Source: Bryobacteraceae bacterium (lineage in GTDB: Bacteria > Acidobacteriota > Terriglobia > Bryobacterales > Bryobacteraceae). From it: DNA of 41,792 nt. The notes under the pieces were generated by a model that ran no database searches, was not told the DNA's origin, and saw nothing but the letters and a program-made list of their open reading frames with translations. The DNA lies in assembly GCA_035469225.1 (NCBI GenBank), contig DATIRX010000218.1, positions 1-41,792 of the forward strand, in the 5' to 3' direction. Shown here one piece after another: positions 36,298-41,792 of the stretch (positions within the stretch are counted from its first letter, which is position 1; each line of letters begins with the position of its first letter). A program made the translations under genes and the position numbers.

Positions 36298-36334
36298 CGG
36301 CGCTAGATTAGCTACTCGCTTTAGAAGGGGAATT

Positions 36335-39300
36335 ATGCGTTTCAGATCCAGGTTGTATCTCGCCGTTTTGGCATTGGCGCTGGGAGCCAGTCTTTGGGGA
36401 CAGGCCACTTCGCAGATTCAAGGAGTGGTGTTGGATCCCGCGGGCGCCGCCGTTCCAGCCGCAGAGATCAAAGCCACGCAGACCGATACGGGCATCGTCC
36501 GGACTACCACCAGCGGCAACGACGGTACCTACGCGCTGGCCAATCTGCCGATCGGCCCCTATCGTGTGGAAGTCACCAAGCCGGGATTCTCCACCTACGT
36601 GCAGACGGGAATCGTGCTTCAGGTGGGGTCGAATCCGACCCTGAATGTGTCTCTCAAAGTGGGCGCGGTGAGCGAGAGCATCCAGGTGGAGGCGAATACC
36701 ACGCAAGTGGAGACGCAGGCCACCAGCATCGGCGGGGTGATCGAGAACAAGCGTATTCTCGAACTGCCGCTCAACGGACGGAACGCGGTGGAGCTTATCG
36801 CCCTTGCCGGCGCAACGATTCCCGGAGGGAAAAACGGCACCGCGGGCTTCCCGGGCGGACTGAATTTCTCGGTGGCGGGCGGCCAGCTCTCGGGCATCGG
36901 CTACTTTCTGGACGGAACCGCGTACAACAATCTATTCGACGCGGTGAATCTTCCGTTTCCCTTCCCGGACGCGTTGCAGGAATTCAAGGTGGAGACCAGC
37001 ACGCTTACGGCGCAGAACGGAACCCACTCGGCCGCGGCTGTCAGCGCAGTGGTGAAATCGGGCACGAATCAGTATCACGGCGACGCGTTTGAGTTTCTGC
37101 GGAATGCCGAGATGAATGCGCGCAACTTCAAAGCTCCGCGCCGCGACACCCTGAAGCGCAACCAGTACGGCGGCACGTTCGGCGGTCCGATCATGCAGAA
37201 CAAGCTGTTCTTCTTTACCGGGTACCAGGGAACCAAAACGCGGTCTGACCCCGCCGATCTAACCGGATTCGTTCCCACTGCGCAGATGCTGGCGGGCGAC
37301 TTCACCGGATGCTCCACCTTCCCTGCCACGCTGCGAGATCCCAACGGCGGAACGTTCTCGAATCGTCAGATTCCGACTGGCCGGTTCAGTCCGCAGGCCC
37401 TGGCGATCGTCAAACTGCTGCCCACTACGACGGATCCCTGCGGGAGAACTCCCTACGGTCCCGTCACCAAGATCAACGAGTACCAGGTGCTGGGCCGCAT
37501 GGATTACCAGATTAGCGCCCGCCAGCAGCTCTTCGGCCGGTATATGGCGACGACATTCCTGCAGCCGGCGTCCTACGGGTTCTCGAAGAACCTTCTGGAC
37601 ACCACTCAGGGCGGGCTGGATAACCTGGCGCAGACATTCACCCTCGGGCACACGTTCCTGATTTCGCCGACCACCGTAAACCAGTTCCGGACGTCGGCCA
37701 ATCGCGTTGCGGTCCACCGCTTCAACGACGACTACTTTTCGGGCTGCGACCTGGGCGTGAAAATCTACTGCTATCTGCCGCATCAAACGGTAGTGGGCGT
37801 GACGGGAGGCCCGACCATCGGAATCGGAACAGCGGTGGAGGCGGCCTTCGTACCCACCAATTACACGATGTCCGACGACGTCAATCTGATTCGCGGATCG
37901 CATCAGTTTGCGTTCGGATATTCGGGTTTCAAGTACCAGCACAGCCAGAAGGCCAACGTTTTTTCGGTAGCCTCCTTTGCGTTTAGCGGTCTGGTTTCAG
38001 GCCTAGGAATGGCAGACTTCCTGCTGGGGCAGAGCAGCGGCTTGACACAGGCGACTCCCAATACGGTGTTCACGACCAAATGGGGTCACAGCCTGTACGG
38101 ACAGGACACGTGGAAAGTAAACCGACGGCTGACGCTCAACCTGGGCATACGGTGGGAGCCGTTCCTTCCACAGAGCCTCAATAACGGGGCCGTTTTCAAT
38201 TTCAGCCGGGACCGCTTTAATGCGGGCGTGCACAGCACCGTATTCAAGAATGCTCCCGCCGGACTGCTGTATGCCGGCGATGCGGGATTCGAAGGAAATA
38301 CCGGCGTGAACAAGCGGTACAACCAGTTTGCGCCGCGCATCGGAGCGGCCTTCGATCCGAAAGGCGACGGCAGAACGTCGATTCGGACTTCGTTCGGAGT
38401 GGCCTACGATTTCCCGAATATCCAGATCATGTCTACGCCGGCCACGGCTCCGCCCTTCGCCAGCACGGTGAACGTGCCAGGCCCGCTCAGTTTCGCGGAT
38501 CCGTACGGGAACTTCCCGGGCGGGAATCCGTTCCCCGGCAACTTTACGGTCGGACCCAATGTGCCTTTTGTAGCTTTCGGTTCATATGTCGCGCAGCAGC
38601 CGGACGCCCGCGGCACCACCGTGCTCACGTGGAACTTCGCGGTGCAGCATCAGTTTGGAAAAGACTGGCTGGTTTCGGCGACGTATCTGGGCACAGAGAC
38701 GTCCCATCTGTGGGTGAGTTTCCAGCTCAACCCCGCGGTGCCTACGATAGCCGGGGCGAACACGGGGAACACCAACACCCGGCGGTTAGCGTACCTAAGG
38801 AATCCATCCGCCACCGAGGGAGGCCTGCTGGGATTCGTCGATCAGTTCGAATCCGGCGGGACGGCCAGTTACAACGGAATGATTCTGTCATTGCAGAAAC
38901 GCCTGAGCCAGGGCATCAGCTTCAATGCGAACTACACGTGGTCTCACTGCATCGGCGACGTAACCATCGGCTCCCTGGTCGGCGGCGCGGGCGGCACCTA
39001 CTCGGATGCCAATGACCGGCGTCGCGACCGCGGGAATTGCCAGACGGGCACGCTGGATGGAACTCAGGCCCTGGATCGGCGGCACATCGCGAACTTCAAT
39101 GCGGTGCTCGAATCTCCCAAGTTCAAGGGTGCCATCCTGCGGACGCTGGCCAGCGACTGGAGGCTGTCGCCCAGCTACCGGATCTTATCGGGCGCGTTCC
39201 AGACGGTTACCACCGGCATCGACTTCGCGCTGACCGGAGCAGCGGCGCAGCGTCCCAACCAGGCGCTCGCGAATCCTCTGTGTGAGCACCCCAACGCGGC

Positions 39301-39592
39301 TTGCTGGATCAACCCGGCAGCGTTCACGCAGCCGGCCAATGGCACGCTGGGCAATCTGGGGCGGTCCAACGTCCCCGGGCCCGGTTTCTGGACCGTCGAC
39401 ATGGCGCTCTCCCGCGGCTTCCGCGTGCGCGAGAACATCAATGTCGAGCTGCGCGGCGAGGCGTTCAACCTGACCAACAGCTACCGTGCGGGGCCCGTTA
39501 CAACGGCTCGTAACAACACGGCGCAATTTGGGCAGATCCTGACGGCGCAGGATCCGCGGATCATGCAGGTGGCGTTGAAACTGGTTTTTTAA
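36335..39592 (+). CDS. Large TonB-dependent receptor / CarboxypepD_reg domain outer-membrane protein (Oar-like, 1085 aa)
   Basis: Signal peptide MRFRSRLYLAVLALALGASLWG. Motifs IQGVVLDPAGAAVPAAEIKA...GTYALANLPIGPYRVEV and ELPLNGRN, and a C-terminal beta-barrel ending ALKLVF. Confidence 0.88.
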   Translation: MRFRSRLYLAVLALALGASLWGQATSQIQGVVLDPAGAAVPAAEIKATQTDTGIVRTTTSGNDGTYALANLPIGPYRVEVTKPGFSTYVQTGIVLQVGSNPTLNVSLKVGAVSESIQVEANTTQVETQATSIGGVIENKRILELPLNGRNAVELIALAGATIPGGKNGTAGFPGGLNFSVAGGQLSGIGYFLDGTAYNNLFDAVNLPFPFPDALQEFKVETSTLTAQNGTHSAAAVSAVVKSGTNQYHGDAFEFLRNAEMNARNFKAPRRDTLKRNQYGGTFGGPIMQNKLFFFTGYQGTKTRSDPADLTGFVPTAQMLAGDFTGCSTFPATLRDPNGGTFSNRQIPTGRFSPQALAIVKLLPTTTDPCGRTPYGPVTKINEYQVLGRMDYQISARQQLFGRYMATTFLQPASYGFSKNLLDTTQGGLDNLAQTFTLGHTFLISPTTVNQFRTSANRVAVHRFNDDYFSGCDLGVKIYCYLPHQTVVGVTGGPTIGIGTAVEAAFVPTNYTMSDDVNLIRGSHQFAFGYSGFKYQHSQKANVFSVASFAFSGLVSGLGMADFLLGQSSGLTQATPNTVFTTKWGHSLYGQDTWKVNRRLTLNLGIRWEPFLPQSLNNGAVFNFSRDRFNAGVHSTVFKNAPAGLLYAGDAGFEGNTGVNKRYNQFAPRIGAAFDPKGDGRTSIRTSFGVAYDFPNIQIMSTPATAPPFASTVNVPGPLSFADPYGNFPGGNPFPGNFTVGPNVPFVAFGSYVAQQPDARGTTVLTWNFAVQHQFGKDWLVSATYLGTETSHLWVSFQLNPAVPTIAGANTGNTNTRRLAYLRNPSATEGGLLGFVDQFESGGTASYNGMILSLQKRLSQGISFNANYTWSHCIGDVTIGSLVGGAGGTYSDANDRRRDRGNCQTGTLDGTQALDRRHIANFNAVLESPKFKGAILRTLASDWRLSPSYRILSGAFQTVTTGIDFALTGAAAQRPNQALANPLCEHPNAACWINPAAFTQPANGTLGNLGRSNVPGPGFWTVDMALSRGFRVRENINVELRGEAFNLTNSYRAGPVTTARNNTAQFGQILTAQDPRIMQVALKLVF

Positions 39593-39596
39593 GGCT

Positions 39597-39619
39597 GACA
39601 GGCGACAAGATCGCCTGTC
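39597..39619. terminator. Perfect 9-bp hairpin GACAGGCGA-CAAGA-UCGCCUGUC between convergent genes
   Basis: Lies 4 nt after the receptor stop codon and 4 nt before the MBL gene stop codon. A T6 run sits on its plus-strand 5' side. Likely a bidirectional terminator. Confidence 0.55.
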
Positions 39620-39623
39620 CTAC

Positions 39624-40499
39624 CTACTCGTAAAATTCAGGAGCCTTCTTCAGCTTGGCGTTGTCGGCAGTGCCGTGCTGGATCCACAGGACCGCACCTG
39701 ACTTCTTGATGAAGGCTTCGAGATCGGCGCGGGACTTGCGCGTCTGATCCGCGTTGAAGTCGAACCCAGGAACGATACCCAGGCTGCGCTCTTCGGGATA
39801 GTGATACAGGTCGCCAGAGAGCACCACCGGACCCGTTTTCGCGAATTTTAGAAATAGCGACTGATGGCCGGGCGTGTGACCGGGCGTGAACTTGATGATG
39901 ACAGTTCCGTCGCCGAAGACATCATGATCCTCGCTGTGAAGCAGGGTCGTTTTGCTCTTTTCGAGTTTGCTGAAATAGGCAAGATCCGGAGTGGTCGGCC
40001 CTTTGGCTTTCGCGTCCTGCTTCGCGAACATGGCGGCGCGCTCGACATCCTGGACGATCCAGTTTGAGCCGGCAAAGGCGTTGGCGTTGGCCACGTGATC
40101 GCCATGATAGTGCGAGAGCGCGAGGTAGGTGATATCAGCGGGCGTGTAGCCGAGCGCGGCGAGCTGCGGCAACAAGGGCCGGGTGATGGCGAACGCGCCA
40201 GCCTTCGTCGGATTTCCCTTGAAATCGGCGTCCGGGATTTCACCGGTGTCCCATATCATCGTGCCGCGCGGATGCACCACGAGGTAGCAAGGCGTGACCA
40301 TTCTGGAATCGGCCAGCTGGCCCTGCTTGAACCCGAACTGTGTTTCTCCAACGCCGGTGATATCGCCGCAATCGAGAATGTATAGGCGCAGCGACTTGGG
40401 GGCTGCCGGCTTCTTCGTCTGCCCAGTTGCCGCGAAGGGCAGGATCGCGGACAGGACCAGCGCCGCGGCTGGTATTGCGATGCGAAAGATTTTCTTCAT
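39624..40499 (-). CDS. Exported MBL-fold metallo-hydrolase (N-acyl homoserine lactonase-like)
   Basis: Signal peptide MKKIFRIAIPAAALVLSAILPFAA and zinc motif LSHYHGDHVANA (HxHxDH), with downstream TPGHTPGH and HG motifs. Confidence 0.85.
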   Translation of the reverse strand: MKKIFRIAIPAAALVLSAILPFAATGQTKKPAAPKSLRLYILDCGDITGVGETQFGFKQGQLADSRMVTPCYLVVHPRGTMIWDTGEIPDADFKGNPTKAGAFAITRPLLPQLAALGYTPADITYLALSHYHGDHVANANAFAGSNWIVQDVERAAMFAKQDAKAKGPTTPDLAYFSKLEKSKTTLLHSEDHDVFGDGTVIIKFTPGHTPGHQSLFLKFAKTGPVVLSGDLYHYPEERSLGIVPGFDFNADQTRKSRADLEAFIKKSGAVLWIQHGTADNAKLKKAPEFYE

Positions 40500-40569
40500 G
40501 AAAGCTCCTTAGGCCGTTCCCGATTCTACCGCTGGCGAAGGGACGCCGCTACTGCGTATCATCGTGTGC

Positions 40570-41792
40570 ATGGATTCGGCCGTCCTGATGCACCGTCTCC
40601 ACTTCGCCTTCACGATCACGTTTCACTATCTGTTTCCGCAGCTGACCATGGGGCTGGCGCTGCTGATCGTCATTCTGAAGACGGCCGCGCTGCGCACCGA
40701 TGACCCGCGCTATCACGCCGCCGCCCGTTTCTGGGGGAAGATTTTCGCGATCAACTTCACGATGGGCGTGGTAACCGGGATCCCCATGGAATTTCAGTTC
40801 GGAACAAACTGGGCGGGGTTTTCGAAAGCAGCCGGCGGCGTGCTCGGGCAGACGCTGGCGATGGAGGGCGTCTTCTCGTTCTTTATGGAGTCAGCCTTCC
40901 TGGGATTGTTCCTCTTCGGCGAAAAGCGTTTGAGCCCCAGGCGCACTGGGCTTCGGCCTTTCTGGTGTTTCTCGGATCGTGGCTATCGGGATTCTTTATC
41001 ATCGCGACCGATGCGTGGATGCAGCATCCGGTGGGCTACTCGCTGGGCCCGGATGGCGCGATCCGGCTGGACGATGTCTGGGCGGTGCTGCTGAATCCCT
41101 GGGCGTTCTGGCAGTATCTCCATAACATGATCGCTTCGGTGGTCACAGCCAGTTTCGTGATGATGGGACTGGGCGCATTCTATCTGCTGCAAGGCCGGAG
41201 CACGGAGCATGGCCGGATATTTGTCCGCACCGGGGTGGTGGCGGGCTGCATCGCATCCGTGCTGATGATCTTTCCGACGGGCGACCGGCAGGGTAAGAAC
41301 GTGGCGACGTATCAGGCCGTCACGCTGGCGGCGATGGAGGGCTTGTTTGAAAGCAAGGAAGGCGCGCCCATCGCACTGCTGGGCCAGCCGGATATGCAAA
41401 AGAAGCGGCTGGATAATCCCCTGCTGGTGCCGCGAGCGCTGAGCATGCTCACCTATCAACGATGGAAGGCGGAGGTGAAAGGCCTGAATGCGTTTCCGCC
41501 GGAGCAGTGGCCGGATAACATCCCGCTGCTGTACTACAGCTACCACATCATGGTCGGGCTGGGGACCATTTTCATCGCGATCCTGGCGGTCTCCACCGGG
41601 CTGCTGTGGACCGGACGGCTGTATCACGCACGGGGATGGTTGTGGGTGACCATGCTGTCGCTGCCCTTTCCCTATATCGCGACCACAGCCGGCTGGATCA
41701 CCGCCGAAGTCGGCCGGCAGCCGTGGCTCATTTACGGCCTGATGCGGACCAGCCAGGGCGCGTCCATGAATGTTTCGGCGGGGAACGCGCTG
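40570..41792 (+). pseudogene. cydA: Cytochrome bd ubiquinol oxidase subunit I, interrupted by a -1 frameshift near 40935-40938; 3' end cut by window edge
   Basis: Frame 1 encodes MDSAVLMHRLHFAFTITFHYLFP...GEKRLSP and then diverges to a stop codon at 41094. The adjacent frame continues AHWASAFLVFLGSWLSGFFIIATDAWMQHPVGY...QYLHNM...GRQPWLIYGLMRT to the window end. Confidence 0.8.

Overview
GC-rich (about 60-67% in hand-counted 60-mers), densely coding chromosomal segment that looks acidobacterial, Solibacter/Bryobacter-like. Lineage clues are a TIGR03437-type C-terminal domain protein, TIGR03436-type VWA paralogues, Ser/Thr kinases with TolB-like plus TPR tails, and large CarboxypepD_reg TonB receptors. 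I support about 40 CDS and saw no rRNA, tRNA, CRISPR, transposase or integrase. Recognisable housekeeping genes are thrC, metX-metW-rluD, thiC and a frameshifted cydA. Many neighbouring genes are joined by 4-nt start/stop overlaps (ATGA, GTGA, and one CTGA), and convergent genes are packed tightly or overlap. A recurring theme is an exported dehydrogenase paired with a c-type cytochrome: (1) a Tat-exported Moco sulfite-oxidase-like enzyme fused to haem c; (2) a PQQ dehydrogenase with a lanthanide-type D-x-D motif, followed by a two-domain cytochrome c and a DUF488 gene; (3) a Tat-exported ThDP enzyme coupled to a monohaem cytochrome c. The best candidate for an undescribed system lies at 29.2-35.4 kb. 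It comprises a ToxR/CadC-like membrane regulator, two paralogous pairs of 4-TM proteins sharing an invariant H-x8-G-x5-DLR motif, a small exported protein with a predicted His-His mature N-terminus, and a TonB-dependent receptor. Two of its intergenic regions share an 18/22-identical operator-like motif. Other oddities: a compositionally atypical (about 50-55% GC) orphan gene with split PIN-like motifs; a thiC leader with no recognisable THI-box; two conserved domains (a kinase G-loop and the DUF488 N-terminus) encoded upstream of any canonical start codon; a J-domain with HPR instead of HPD; and a signal-peptide protein with PI3K/PI4K-like catalytic motifs. All family assignments come from motif recognition by eye, and no database search was run.
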